From assembly GCA_951406725.2 (NCBI GenBank), contig OX597823.1:91512001-91576000 (forward strand): DNA of 64,000 bases, read 5' to 3'. The notes under the pieces were generated by a model that did no database searches, was not told the origin of the DNA, and saw nothing but the letters and a program-made list of their open reading frames with translations. A program made the translations under genes and the position numbers. Positions 41,662 to 55,658 of the stretch are shown here, piece by piece (within the stretch, counting starts at the first letter, position 1; each line of letters begins with the position of its first letter). The stretch is from Octopus vulgaris. Its lineage: Eukaryota.

Positions 41662-42138
41662 GAAATCGGATCAAATTCAATGACCGGTACTCGTGCCAGC
41701 GGAGCGCTAAGCGCACCATCCGACCGTGATCATTGCTGGAGCAGCTGACTGGCTTCAATGCCAGTGGCACGTAAATAGCACCAGTTGAGTGTGATCATTA
41801 CCAGCGTCGCCATGATGGCACTTGTGCTGGTGGCACATGAAGAAGCATTTGAGGAAGGTCATTGCCAGTACCACTGGACTGCAAGTGGCATGTAGAAAAA
41901 CACCATTAGAGCTTGGCCGTTGCCAGTACCACGTGACTGGCCCTCATGCCGGTGGCATGTAAAAGTACCCACTACACTCTCGGAGTGGTTGGCATTAGGA
42001 AGGGCATCCAGCTGTAGAAAAGGAACTCTGCCAGATCAAATTGGAGTCTGGTGCAGCCATCTTGTTTGCCAGTCCTCAGTCAAACAGTCAAACCCATGCT
42101 AGCATGGAAAGCAGATGTTAAACGATGATGATGATGAT
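41662..42138 (+). mobile_element. RTE-LINE 3' end (family C)
   Basis: family C body and (GAT)n tail. Confidence 0.8.
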
Positions 42139-42174
42139 GTACATATGATATATATATGTATGTATGTATGTATA

Positions 42175-42420
42175 ATCATCATCAACGTTGTCTAATGTTC
42201 ACTTTCCGTGCCAGCATGGCTTGGATTGTTTGAAGACTGGGCAATCCAGAAGGCTGCACCAGGCTTCAATCTGATTTGGCAAGGTTTCTACAACAAGATG
42301 CCCTTCCTAACACCAACCACTCCAAGAGTGTAGTGGATGCTTCTTATGTGCCACCGGCACAGAACCCAGTCATGCAGCACTGGCCTCAACCACATTTGAA
42401 TGGTACTTTTTACATGCCAT
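42175..42420 (-). mobile_element. RTE-LINE 3' end (family C)
   Basis: reverse-complemented family C tail. Confidence 0.7.
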
Positions 42421-42440
42421 CATGAAATATATATATATTA

Positions 42441-42616
42441 CAACCGATGCTTGTGTGTTTATGTCCCTGTCACTTAGCGGTTCGGCAAAAGAGACCTATA
42501 GAATAAGTACTAGGCTTACAAAGAATAAGTCCTGGGGGCAATTTGCTCAACTAAAGGCGGTGCTCCAGCATGGCTGCAGTCAAATGACTGAAACAAATAA
42601 AAGAAAAAAGAAAAGA
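42441..42616 (+). mobile_element. SINE family A, 3' half
   Basis: homology to ~505-677. Confidence 0.8.
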
Positions 42617-43177
42617 ATATGTATATATACTCATATATCTATATACATACAAATGCAAAATTTAATACATATATTGATCTATGTAAAAATTCTATAATTA
42701 TGAGTATAATTATAATTAAGGTTCAGCAAAATTTGCTTCACCACATACTGAAATTTAGAAAGAGCAGTTAAAAACTACTATTCTACTACTATAAGATATC
42801 TCTCAGACGGCAATACTCAACAACTCATGCAGGTAAATAGAAAAAAAATAATTATTGATAATATATTGCTTTATGTGTAATATATACACACATACATTTA
42901 TATACATACAAGTGAAAAATTTAATATACATTTACATGTAATATATACACACATCTATATGTGTACTCTTTCACCACAGCTTTTTCTCACTCTTTCTTCC
43001 TGTTTCTGTATCACACTGAATCTCCCCAAGAACTACGTTAAGTGTTCACGTGTCTGTGGAGTGCTCAGCCACTTACACATTAATTTCATGAGCAGGCCGT
43101 TCCAGTGATTGGATCAACTGGAACCCTCATCATCATAACCGATCGTGTGCCATAATGTGTGGGCATATATATATATA

Positions 43178-44447
43178 TCAGGTCATCCCATAAGTTCTGT
43201 CCGATTTTATCTCTTTTAAAATTGAATGAAATTTAATAGTATTTTACATTGTCAAATGGAATTAAAAATTATTTTTATGCATTTGTGTACATTTAAACTA
43301 ATTAATTATTATTTTACAGAATAATAGAATTAAAATTTCTTTGATTAAAACCCGTTCTAACATGAAAGTATACAAAGAGCATTTAAGGCACATAATACTT
43401 TATGTGTAGAAACAATGGAAACTCTGCAGCCGAAACAACTCGAAACGTACACTCAGTTTATGGGAAAGAATGCTTGAACGAAAGCACTTGCAGAGGATGG
43501 TTTGCAAAATTCAGAAGTGGAGACTTCAGCCTTGAATATGAAGATCGAACAGAACGTCCAATTGAGTTTGATGGTAAACTCCTTGAGGCATTACTTGAAG
43601 AAAATCCTGCATTATCAGTTGAAGAGTTGGCAATAAAGCTTAGTTCAAACAATACAACTGTTCATCATCACCATCTTCAACAACTTGGAAAGGTTCCTAA
43701 ACTTGGAAAATGGGTGCCTCATGAATTGTCCAAAAGCATCCGCAAATCCCGAGTTGACATCTGCTCTTCTCTCCAATCTTGCGAACTCATTTCACCCTTT
43801 TGGATAGACTGGTGACGAAAAATGGATCTTCTATCGAAATATTAAATGTTATAAACAGTGGCTTGGTAAAAGGGAAAAAATCTCGACTACAACCGAGAAA
43901 GGAACTTCATGGAAAAAAGGTTCTTCTCTCTATTTGATGGGATTGCAAAGGAGTAATTCACTTTAAATTGTTACCACCTAATGCAACCATCAATGCTCAG
44001 CAATTAGAGCATTTGAACCAAGCTTTGAAAGAAGAAGAACCTGCTTTAGTGAATCGAAAAGGAGTGATGTTTCATCAGGACAATGTGTGACCTCACGCTG
44101 CAAGGACCACATCACAGAAGGTCAAAGAGCTTGGTTGGGAAAAAATTCCTCATCCACCTTATTCTCCTGACCTTGCTCCTTCAGACTACCATTTGTTTTG
44201 TAGTTTACAGAATCATTTGGGGGACATAACTTTCGCAAGCCAGGAGGTGGTCGAAACTGGCATTTCAGAGTTCTTCACTTTGAAACCAAAAGAATCCCAT
44301 ATTGATGGGATTAAAAAAACTTGTAAATAGATGGAAGGAAGTCATAGATAATCAGGGAAAGTACATAGCTGATTAAATTTCAATGAAATATAACATTTGA
44401 TCATTTGTTTTCTTTATTCAAAATTCGGACAGAACATATGGGATGAC

Positions 44448-44451
<4 letters not shown>
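43178..44451 (+). mobile_element. full-length mariner (DD34D) transposon, 1274 bp
   Basis: TIRs TCAGGTCATCCCATAAGTTCTGTCCGA / TCGGACAGAACATATGGGATGACCTGA, flanked by TA. Confidence 0.95.
43362..44376 (+). pseudogene. mariner transposase with frameshifts and stops
   Basis: MKVYKEHLRHI start; WFAKFRSGDFSLE, WVPHEL, TGDE, HQDN and HPPYSPDLAPSDYHLF motifs distributed across reading frames. Confidence 0.93.
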
Positions 44452-44496
<45 letters not shown>

Positions 44497-45061
44497 GTGT
44501 GTGTGTATCTATCTATCTATCTATCTATAACTATATCTATATATATATATTTATATATATATAATATATACACATATATATATGTAAACACACATATACA
44601 TACTTTTGTTTTCAAACACAACACACATCCATACATGCATGGACACACACATATCTATATGTTTATACACCTGTTTGTGCATGCCTATAGGAAATTAAGA
44701 ATTAAAAAAAAAATGCAGTGAGAGTAGGACTGGAAAGAAATGTACTTTAAAATTGACAGTTCTTAAGAGAAAAACAGATTTCTCCATTTGATAATATAAT
44801 TGGTGTGTGTTAGACTAAGACGAAAGTCTTTCTGTAGGAAATAACTATCAACTTCACTTTGATTTGGTTTTACTCATCCTCTTTACTGATTAATAACAAC
44901 AATAATAAGGATGATGACGACGGCGACGACGACGATGATGATGGTGATGAAAATAATGATAATAATAACAATAATGATAATGATGGTGGTGATGATGATG
45001 ATGATGATGACAACAACGAGGCCGCCACCGCCGATGATGAAAATAATGATAGTTATTTTAT

Positions 45062-45259
45062 TTTTTTATTCTTTTACTTGTTTCAGTCATTTGATCGTGG
45101 CCATGCTGGAGCACCATCTTTAGTAGAGCAAATCGACCCCAGGACTTGTTCTTTGTAAGCCTAGTACTTATTATATCAGTCTATTTTGCCGAACCACTAA
45201 GTTACGTAGACGTAAGCATCTATTGTCAAGCGATGCTGGGAGGACAAACACACACACAA

Positions 45260-45291
<32 letters not shown>

Positions 45292-45477
45292 ACACACAAA
45301 CATACATATATACGATGGGCTTCTTTCAGTTTCCATCTACCAATTCCACTCACAAGGCTTTGGTCAGCCCAAGGCTATAGTAAAAGACACTTGCCCAATG
45401 TGCCACGCAGTAGGACTGAACCCCTAACCATGTGGTTGGTAAGCAAACTATTTACCCCACAGCCACTCCTGCACTTA
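45062..45477 (-). mobile_element. SINE family A
   Basis: homology to 277-677. Confidence 0.85.
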
Positions 45478-46405
45478 TAAAGCCACTCTTGCACCTATTA
45501 ATATTGATGATGATGATGATGATGACAATGATGAGGATGATAAAAATAATGATAATAATAACAATGGTGATGATGATGCTGAAGATGATGAGAAAGATAA
45601 TAATAACACTAAGAAAAAAGAATGATGATGATGATGATGATGATAATGATGATAATGATGATGATGATAGCCATGGATATAATCTTTTATCTAGCTTCAG
45701 TTTTTATGATCTTCACTCAGATTATTTAGTTAATCGTCCTAAATATATTTTCTTCTTTAATCTTGTTATTTCTTTGTCCTTTTTTTATGTCTTCTTTTTA
45801 ATTTTTTTTATCTATTCTTTATGGATTTTTCTTGTAAGATTCTGTTGTTTGCTAGGTTTTTTTTTCTTTCTCTCTTTATTGTTTCTGTCTTTCATTCATT
45901 TTCTTTCTTGTTTCCTGAAAAATCTTTTTCTTTTTTTTTCTTAATTCATTTCCGTTTTTACTTTTTTTGTTTATGTTTTTATAATTTCAATTATTTAATT
46001 TTTTATTTTATTTTATCAAATTTCAAAATTCTTACAAAGAAGTCAATTAACACGATAATGATGACGATGATGATGATAATAATAGTGATGATGATGATGA
46101 TGATGATGATGATGACAACGGTGATTGCTTTGGTGATGACTACGTTTATGGTGATGATGCTGGTTATAAAAATGACGATGGTGATAGTGATGCTGATGAT
46201 GATGGTGACAAGGGTGGTGATGGTGATGGTAATACTCTTGTAAAAGAAGATGATGATGATGATGACCACAAAGATGAGAATTATGAAAACAACGATAACG
46301 ATGATAATAGAAAGCAGCAATTATATATGGAAGACATTTATTTTCCAATTTTGATGTATATGTGTATTATTTTTATTGTTCCAAATTCTGGCAGTTCCAA
46401 CTGCT

Positions 46406-47005
46406 TATGGTGGTGGTGTTGGTGTGGGTGGTTGTGTTGGTGGTGGTTGTGTTGGTGGTGGTTGTGTTGGTGGTGGTGGTGGTGTTGGTGGTGGTTGTGT
46501 TGTTGTTGTGTTATTATGGTGTTGGTGGTGGTTGTGTTGGTGGTGGTTGTGTTGTTGTTGTTGTGTTGTTGTTGTTGGTGGTGGTGGTTGTGTGGGTGGT
46601 TGTGTTGGTGGTGGTTGTGTGTTGTTGTTTTGGTTGTGGTGGTTGTGTTGTTGTTGTTGTGGTGGTGGTGGTGGTGGTGTGTTGTTGTTGTTGTTGTGGT
46701 GGTGGTAGTGGTTGGGTTGTTGTTGTGGTGGTGGTAGTGGTTGTGTTGGTGGTGGTGGTGGTGGTGGTGGTGGTGGTGGTGGTGGTGGTTGTTGTGTTGT
46801 GGTGTTTGTGTTGGTGGTGGTAGTATTGGTGGTGGTTATGCTGGTGGTGATTGTGTTGTTGATGGCTGTGCTGGCAGCGGCGGCATTGCTGTTGTTGTTG
46901 GTGGTGGTGGTGGTTGCGCTGATGGCAGCGGTGTTGGAGGTGGTTGTGCTAGTGGCGGTGGTGTTGGTGGTGGTTGTGTTAGAAGTGGTGGTGGCAGTGG
47001 TGTTC
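46406..47005. repeat. (GGT/GTT)n compound microsatellite
   Basis: direct reading. Confidence 0.9.
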
Positions 47006-47214
47006 GTATTGCTTGTTATCTTACTCCCTCTGACACAAATTTTTATTTTCCTATGATCTCTTTTTTCACTCATTTCATGGTGGAATCATTTTAAATCTTC
47101 TTCAGACAGAAGTATAGCAAATTAAAAAAAGAAAATTCTCAATTTTACATGATATTGAAGCTATGGAACTAAATGCAATTTATAGGAACATTTCCAAGAA
47201 ATATGCTGGGGTTT

Positions 47215-48038
47215 ACCTAAAATAGTCACCTTGTATGGCACTACACTGGTCCCAGTGTTCCTGCCACTTTTGGGATCTGGTCTGGAAGTTGTTTTCTGTA
47301 AGTGAATAGAGGACCTTCTGTGATTTGCTCAGGATCTCAACAACGGTGCTAAAACAGCAAACTTTGAGCTGCATTTTCATCTAGGGGAAGAGATGGGAGT
47401 CTGCAAGTGCTAAATCTGGTGAATAAGGTGAATGTGGATGCGGTACCATGTTGTTTCTGGCGAAAGACTCACAAGTGAGGAAAGGTTGGTGAAGAATCCA
47501 ATTCTTCATGCTCCCCAGGTCCGGTTGCTTTCACCAGGTGTCCTCCCCCAAATGCTTCAAAATGTCACGGTAGAACTCTCAATTAACAGTCTGGCACTAA
47601 GGGATGAATTCTCAATGCACAATACCACATTTCCAGGGGTGATGCTTGTGGCAGGTCTTCCAGATTGCTCACCCTCTTCCAGGGCCATTCTTCTGCTTTT
47701 GAAGGGCCCATGCCACTTGAAACCTTGTGTCAGACTCATTGCCTCATCACTATCAGCTTTCTGAAGCATGCTCAATGTCTCTGTAGTAGATTTCCCAAAT
47801 TTAATGCAAAGTTTCATGTTGACTCTTTGTTCCTGTCCACGACAAAATCACAAACTACAGCATCCACACAGGTGATCACAAAAGCACAAATTTCACAACT
47901 TTCAAAGTAAACATAACGATGCAACTTGGCACACTGCTTCATGAAGGTCACTGCTAGCTCTCACTGTGCACACAACCATGAGCTGCCATCTGTTGGTGCA
48001 CTACAGAACTAGTTCGGGAACTTTCTGATACTGGCTCG
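47215..48038 (-). mobile_element. internally deleted mariner relic, second family
   Basis: MKLCIKFGKSTTETLSMLQKA..GFKWHGPFKS..EQSGRP N-terminal HTH; C-terminal QKWQEHWDQCSAIQGDYF; 5' TIR-like CGAGCCAGTATCAGAAAGTTCCCGAAC. Confidence 0.8.
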
Positions 48039-48672
48039 CACATACATACATATGTGTACATGTGTATGTGTGTGTATGTTTGTTTGTGTGTGTGTGTATG
48101 CATGTGCGTGTGTGTGTGTGTGTGTGTAGCTATCTGTGTACCATAATGTATGTACACTACAATTTCCACATGGACTCCATCTTCAAAAATACTGGATCTT
48201 GATGCTGAAGCCTACAACATGCCCCAATGTTCACATGGCCATTTTTTTCTTTATTTTTTCTGCAAGGCTAGATAAAACAATAAATTCTACATACGATTCT
48301 CTTGAGCTAAAAACTTAAAGGTGAATACCTAATTTCATCTCTTTTCTCTCAAGTGTAGTCAATCAGAGTTATAATTAAATGTTGGGAGGAAGTTACGTGC
48401 TCAATTCCAGTTGGGGGAACAGTAACCTCAGCAAGACTTGGTCTGCTAATTCTTTAACCACCAACTACCAATGATGTAAAGTAATACTTGCAGAAACACT
48501 GCCCTCCGGGTGGTTTTCTACTTGTCACTGAATATTTGCTCATTTGGTTCCCAATTTTTGCAATTTTTCTGATTTCTCTTTATATCTTTTATTCCTCTAA
48601 TAGCATTTTCTTTCTCAGTAAATATTTCTTTCATCATTTTATTGCAATCTGAATCTCTTTCCTGTAAGGTAG

Positions 48673-49285
<613 letters not shown>

Positions 49286-50715
49286 GAAAGGTAATCCATC
49301 TTCTATGTGGTTATTTATTATGCTAGAAATAGCAGACACCACGTGGGTATATTCTAAGGTGCTTACCATGCATACCAGCCATACCAGCAAAATTATTTCT
49401 CATTTATTTATTTTTTCTTTCCAATTATTCCGAGTGATTTCAGACTCCTCCACACAATTCAACTGACCTCCAAGTGACTTGAAATCACAGTCATATTAAG
49501 GAGGGGTGAGGATGACCCTCGGGGTCATTTTAAATTGATTTCAGTTTAACCCCTCAAATCTCTCCCTAAATTTTCTTTACATTTATGGAAAATAAAGTGT
49601 GTTTCCATGTGTGTCTGTCTTTGTGTGTGTATGCATTATTTAATCACAGAGAAAGTGTTTAGAGTGTCCACTCCATTGGTTAAAGATGAAAAATTCCTAT
49701 TTAAATTTTATATATTTTTTGTATAATAATTGCATATGAATATATTTTGTTTTGTACAGAGACATCTTTCATTTACATTTAAAGAATATGTGCATTAATA
49801 TATTTTGTTTTGTGTAATATTTATTTCACTCACTAGTTTGTTATAAAAGAAAAAAAAATTGCTTTTATTTAAAAAATTGCATACTAAGAATCTCTGATGT
49901 TCAAAGTGTTTTTTTAAAGGCATCATAAAAGTTTTGGGGTATGTACTGGAAAAAAATCATATAGAAAAGTTTACTATTGGTTCTAACTTATTTCTTTTCT
50001 GTCAATACTTGTTTGTACTGAAATATTAATATATTAATAACCTAATCTATATAAACACTCAACTACAGATGTACAGAGATAGAAGATTACATATTTATTC
50101 TTGTTCATCGTAGGTTTCAGGAAAGGAATTAATTATTGGAAACATATTAACAAAGAAGAGATGAAAGAAGAAACAGAAGGCAGTCAGGTAGCCTGGCAGT
50201 TCATGAATTCAAAGAAAAGCAACTGAAGTGAATTAGAATTAATCATTTAGTAGAAAAGAAATTTCAAAGCACATTTTGATAAAAATAGATTAAAATGGAA
50301 TTTTTAAAAAATTTCCTAAACAATGGAGAATTTAATAATTGCTTTCATTTAGTAATAGTTACATAATTCCAACTAATTAATAAGCAGCCTTCTCCATTAT
50401 ATCAGATCAAAGTATTTTTCAAATTTATTGAAACTCAGAGTAAAAGTAATTAACTGGGAAAGTAACTAAGTGTTATGTGGTATTTTTTCATTACTAAGAG
50501 CTCAAGTTTAAATCCCTCAAATGTCAACTGTCTTGGTCTGTTTACTTTCAATAAATAAGATACCATTTCATATGAATCGGTGGAATGGCTAGAGTGGTGC
50601 AGAAGATACTTTGCAGAGTATATTTATGTTCTTTGTGTTTTGAGTTGAAACTCATTGTCTATTCACCAATTTCCTTTATTTCTCACTTTACTGTATGATC
50701 CCAATATTAGATGAC

Positions 50716-50950
50716 AAGCCGGTGAGCTGGCAGAAACATTAGCACACTGGGCAAAATGCCTGGCGGTATTTCATCTACTGTTAAGTTCCAAGTTCAAATT
50801 CCACCGAGGTCAACTTTGCCTTTCATCCTTTCGGGGTGGATTAAATAAGTACCAGTTATGCACTGGCGTCGATGTAATCGACTTATCCCCTTTGTCTCTC
50901 CTTGTTTGTCCTCTCTATGTTTAGCACCTTGTGAGCAATAAAGAAATAAA
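50716..50950 (+). mobile_element. SINE family B
   Basis: homology to 23709-23965. Confidence 0.8.
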
Positions 50951-52255
50951 TATTAGATGAAATGGCATCGGTGATGGGGACAACATTTCTGCATGGATGA
51001 AAATGCAGATGTTATGTTAGATGTGTGATAAACTTATACTGATCTTGTAAATTATATAAAGTTAACGGTATATAGAACATTTTAAAGACTTTACATCACA
51101 GAATCACACGTTTCATGATGTGTGATTATTAGCAATTATTTGCTTTGTAGAAGATCTGCTCACTTCAAGTCAGCTGGAGTTCATCTTATTTATTGTGAGA
51201 AGAAAAAGGATGAAACAAACACAACTGCACTGAATTTCATACGTGTCCTCTGACTATGAAATACACTGCCAGAAATAATATATAAGGTTGTTAAACAGGA
51301 TTTTGTGGTTGACATGAGGTGTCAAAGAGACAAAAAGTGATATTTACCAGTCCTGTTTACATTTAGAAGGGTTATACAAAAACAAATAAGAAACTGTAAA
51401 ATTAATGGAATGTGGGCTCCAAACTTATATCCCTGATGTCCAAATATTTTCCCCTCTTGATTTCAATATTGCTATAAAACTCTGTTTATCTGATCTTAAT
51501 GTCTGTATACTACCATCTCTTAAACTCTGGTTTATCTCTCTTCCCTTGCAGCAGTGTATCCCACTCACCTCTCTCTCATCCCTAAATACTTTGCTCATAT
51601 TCTCACCCCCCCCTGCAACTGCAGCCTTCAGAAATAAGCGAGCTTCTTCATCATCATCATCATCATCATCATCGTTTAACGTCCGTTTCAAAAGTTCAAC
51701 TTTATTTTAATGCATTTACTTTCTTCATCGTCATTGAATGTCCATGTTCCATGTCGGCATGAGTTGGAGGGCTTGACAGGATCTGATGGTTCCAAGGACT
51801 GCATCATGCCCCATTACCGACTTTGCCATGGTTTCTACAGTTGGTTGCTATTCCTAATGCCAACCACTTTAATGAATGTACTGGATGCATTTTTATATGG
51901 CACCAGCACTAGTGAGGTTGACATGCTACTTGCAAGACTGGAGAGTGGGTTGATGTGAGTGAGGTACAACAACCAGCAGTATGTGTGTGTGTGTGTGTGT
52001 GTGTGTAGGGGTGGAAGTTGTAAGAGGGATGGCAGAATAAGAGATGGGGAATGGGTGTGGAGAATAAAGGCAGGCGACGATTGCAAAGATTGAATTAGGG
52101 GTGAAGGGTGGACTACTCACTTAACAAAAGCAACAAAAAGCTACGCATATCACCATTTTTTAGTTTAAGATATTGGTTTCAAATTTTGATGCAAGGCCAG
52201 CAATTTTCAGTGGAGAGAATGGTTGATTAGATCGACCCCAGTATTCAACTGGCAT

Positions 52256-52568
52256 TTATTTACATTATTTACATTATTTACATTTGACAGATATTTGTCC
52301 TCTTCTTGTTTGTTGTTAACATACCGTTTCGGCTAATATACCCTCCAGCCTTCATCAGGTGTCTTGGGGAAATTTCAAACCTGGGTTCTCATTCCTAAGG
52401 TATATTTTGATGTTATTATTATTATTATCACCATTATTATTCAGGTCACTGCCTGATTTATAAGCCCTAAAATTCACTCCCTAATTGCCCACGGGCATAT
52501 TGTGTAGAGGTTAAGAGCGCGGGCTACAAACCCCAAGATTCCGAGTTTGATTCCAGGCAGTGTCTTGA

Positions 52569-52647
<79 letters not shown>

Positions 52648-52668
52648 CAATAATAATAATAACAATAA

Positions 52669-52699
<31 letters not shown>

Positions 52700-52884
52700 A
52701 ACAACAACAACATCGAAAAATACCTTAGGAATGAGAACCCAGGTTCGAAATTTCCCCAAGACATTTGATGAGGGCTGGAGGGTATATCAGTCGAAATGTT
52801 GTGTTAACAGCAAACGAGATGAAAACAAATATCTGTCAAATGTAAATAATGTAAATAATTCCTCATCTCTTAAATATAGCACTG
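52256..52884. mobile_element. Palindromic tRNA/HHR element H1, copy 5 (both arms largely retained)
   Basis: minus-strand HHR 52318-52363; centre TGCCCACGGGCA 52486-52497; plus tRNA head; plus HHR with mutated core (TTGATGA); right terminus. Confidence 0.85.
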
Positions 52885-53193
52885 TGGTATTTATTTTATC
52901 AACTCTGAAATGAAGAATGGCAAAGTAAATCTTGGTAGAATTTGAACTTAGAACATAAAGTGGATTGAAACGTCACTAAGCATTTTGCTGAGTCTGCTAA
53001 CAATTCTGCCAGCTTGCTGTTTCGATTTTTGTTTAGTTTAAGATATTAAAACAGAAGAATGAGATGAAAAGTGGAGCAAACATGAAAAGGCATTTAGAGC
53101 TTAGGCCAAACAGGTTGTCATCTCAAGAACTTCAGCATCTAACGTTTGAACTGGACACTTAACCAATGATGAAAGTTTAGGGAGTCCTTAATC

Positions 53194-53595
53194 TTTTACT
53201 TATTTTGGTCATTGGACTGTGGCCATGCTGGAGCATCGTCTTAAAGTGTTTTATCAAAGAAATCAAACTAGTTTTTTTTCATGCTCTTTAAGTTTAATAC
53301 TGATTATATACTAATTTTTATACTTTTAATACTAATTTTTTGCCAAAATGGTAGTTATAGGGATGTAAACAAACCAACACCGGTTGTCAAGCAGTGATGG
53401 TGGGAAGACAAACAACACAAAAACGCATACCTACACACACATGTATATGATAGGCTTCCACACAGTTTCTGTGTTCCAGCCCTACTCATAAGGCATTGGT
53501 CAGCTCAAGGGCTATTGTAGAAGGTGCCATGCAATGGGACTGAACCTGAAACCATGTGGTTGCTAATAGAGCTTCTTAACCATACAACCATGTTC
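53194..53595 (-). mobile_element. SINE family A, diverged
   Basis: homology to 277-677. Confidence 0.7.
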
Positions 53596-53775
53596 ACATG
53601 TGGTTGAGTATACCGTACATTTGTGTACTTTTAATGGATAGACAAGCAAATCTATTCTAGATTTATCTTTCAGACTGTTCATTGCACCTTAATCCTTATA
53701 ATACAACACAACCACTACATGTGTGTGTGTGCACGTGCATGTGTGTGTGTGCATGCATGCGTGTGAGCACATACT

Positions 53776-54022
53776 CTTTTACACTTTACTCTTTTACTTT
53801 GACTGTGGTCATGCTGGAGCACCGCCTTTAGTCGAGCACATTGATCCCAGGACTTATTCTTTGTAAACCTAGTAGTACTTATTCTATTGGTCTCTTTTGC
53901 TGAACCACTAAGTTACAGGGACACAAACACACCAGCATCAGTTGTCAAGCGATGTTGGGGGGACAAACACAGACACATAAACATATACATACACACACAT
54001 ACATACACATATATACATATAC

Positions 54023-54056
<34 letters not shown>

Positions 54057-54213
54057 TCATATGACAGGCTTCTTTCAGTTTCCACTCACAAGGCTTTGGT
54101 CAACCTGAGGCTATTGTAGAAGACACTTGCCCAAGGTACCACGCAGTGGGACTGAATCTGGAACCATATAGTTCATAAGCAAGCTAATTACCACACAGCC
54201 AGTCTTACGCCTA
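53776..54213 (-). mobile_element. SINE family A
   Basis: homology to 277-677. Confidence 0.85.
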
Positions 54214-54673
54214 TTTATATCTGATTTAAATACATTTATATCTGATATAAACAACCATTCCTATCACAAAATACAACACACATACACATACACCTACACA
54301 GAATATATGAGCTGTATATAAAATGATATAAAGCATATTGATTGACTAGAGGTGTTCACGTTATAATACACGGCTATGTGCTGTGATATATGTTATTTTA
54401 AAATATGACAAAATAATGCTTTGCACAGATGGAGCATTAAAGATGAAGTCTTCTACAACATTATACTAAGCCTCGAACAGATGAAGAGATGGCTAATAAT
54501 TATTGCTATGTGTAGTGGAACTATTCAATTTTTCCTGATAAATTTAAGATTCCTAGCACATCACCCGATAGTTAAGATACTCATAAATATAAAAGCAGAT
54601 GATGGAGTCTCTATGTAGTTGCTTGACCTGGGTATAACAATGAAATTTCTTAAAATTAATATTTTCCCTTGCA

Positions 54674-54893
54674 TATGAGTGAGTGCTGCAAAGTTCCTGG
54701 CTTTAAGAATATTGCAAAAGGCCTGGTTGGAGGCTCAACCTCCTGAGTTCTTTTACAGGGATTAGAAAAACTAAAGGACCGCTGTAATACGTATGTGAAT
54801 CTGAGAGGAGAATACGTTGTATAAAATCATATTTAACTGATCCTCCTGTATTTTCTTTTAGCCAAAGTCCGAAATAGTTTAGCACACCTTGTA
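54674..54893 (+). mobile_element. mariner-derived MITE
   Basis: imperfect TIRs bounded by TA; retains transposase C-terminus GLEKLKDRCNTYVNLRGEYVV*. Confidence 0.7.
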
Positions 54894-54925
54894 TGTGTAC
54901 ATATTGTGTGTCTACACACAAACAC

Positions 54926-54985
<60 letters not shown>

Positions 54986-55041
54986 GTATACATATATATA
55001 TATATGTATGTATATATCTATATATCTATATATATATATGT

Positions 55042-55090
<49 letters not shown>

Positions 55091-55091
<1 letters not shown>

Positions 55092-55165
55092 TTTATTTAA
55101 AGCAGTAGAAAATTCAACAAAACCTGTAACAGGTTTTGTTGAATTTTCTACTGCTTTAAATAAAG
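55091..55165. repeat. perfect 37+1+37 bp palindrome
   Basis: CTTTATTTAAAGCAGTAGAAAATTCAACAAAACCTGT-A-ACAGGTTTTGTTGAATTTTCTACTGCTTTAAATAAAG. Confidence 0.95.
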
Positions 55166-55268
55166 CATATTACTCTACCACTGGTATTTGAGTATTCTTT
55201 TTTCCACCTTGTTTCACATTTATGTGTTTACTCCGGTATATATATATATATATATATATGCATGTATG

Positions 55269-55342
<74 letters not shown>

Positions 55343-55343
<1 letters not shown>

Positions 55344-55559
55344 TTAATCCAAACAAGAAAACACACAAAAAAACACAACAACGCGAAGACGTGGAACAAA
55401 TATAGTATTATTGGACGCTCAGGAAAGAAGGAAAGAAGGAGGGTTTAACGTTTCGAGCGGAGCTCTTTGTCGGAAACATAGGAGAAGGAAAGATCCAGAG
55501 AAGGGAAGACAGAGGAAAAAAAATCGCCACCAGTAGCCACGAGGTCACATTTTGAATAC

Positions 55560-55560
<1 letters not shown>
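55343..55560 (-). mobile_element. PLE pLTR-like fragment in (GATA)n with minimal HHR at 55443-55477
   Basis: GTTT-CCGACAA-A-GAGC-TCC-GCTC-GAAA-CG-TT-AAAC; palindromic ACGT; core mutated. Confidence 0.6.

Positions 55561-55658
<98 letters not shown>

Noticed and set aside
46327-47094. ORFs with GGGCV / Cys-Gly repeats resembling keratin-associated or cuticle proteins
   Set aside because: All frames are open because the region is a GGT/GTT microsatellite; there is no unique coding context.
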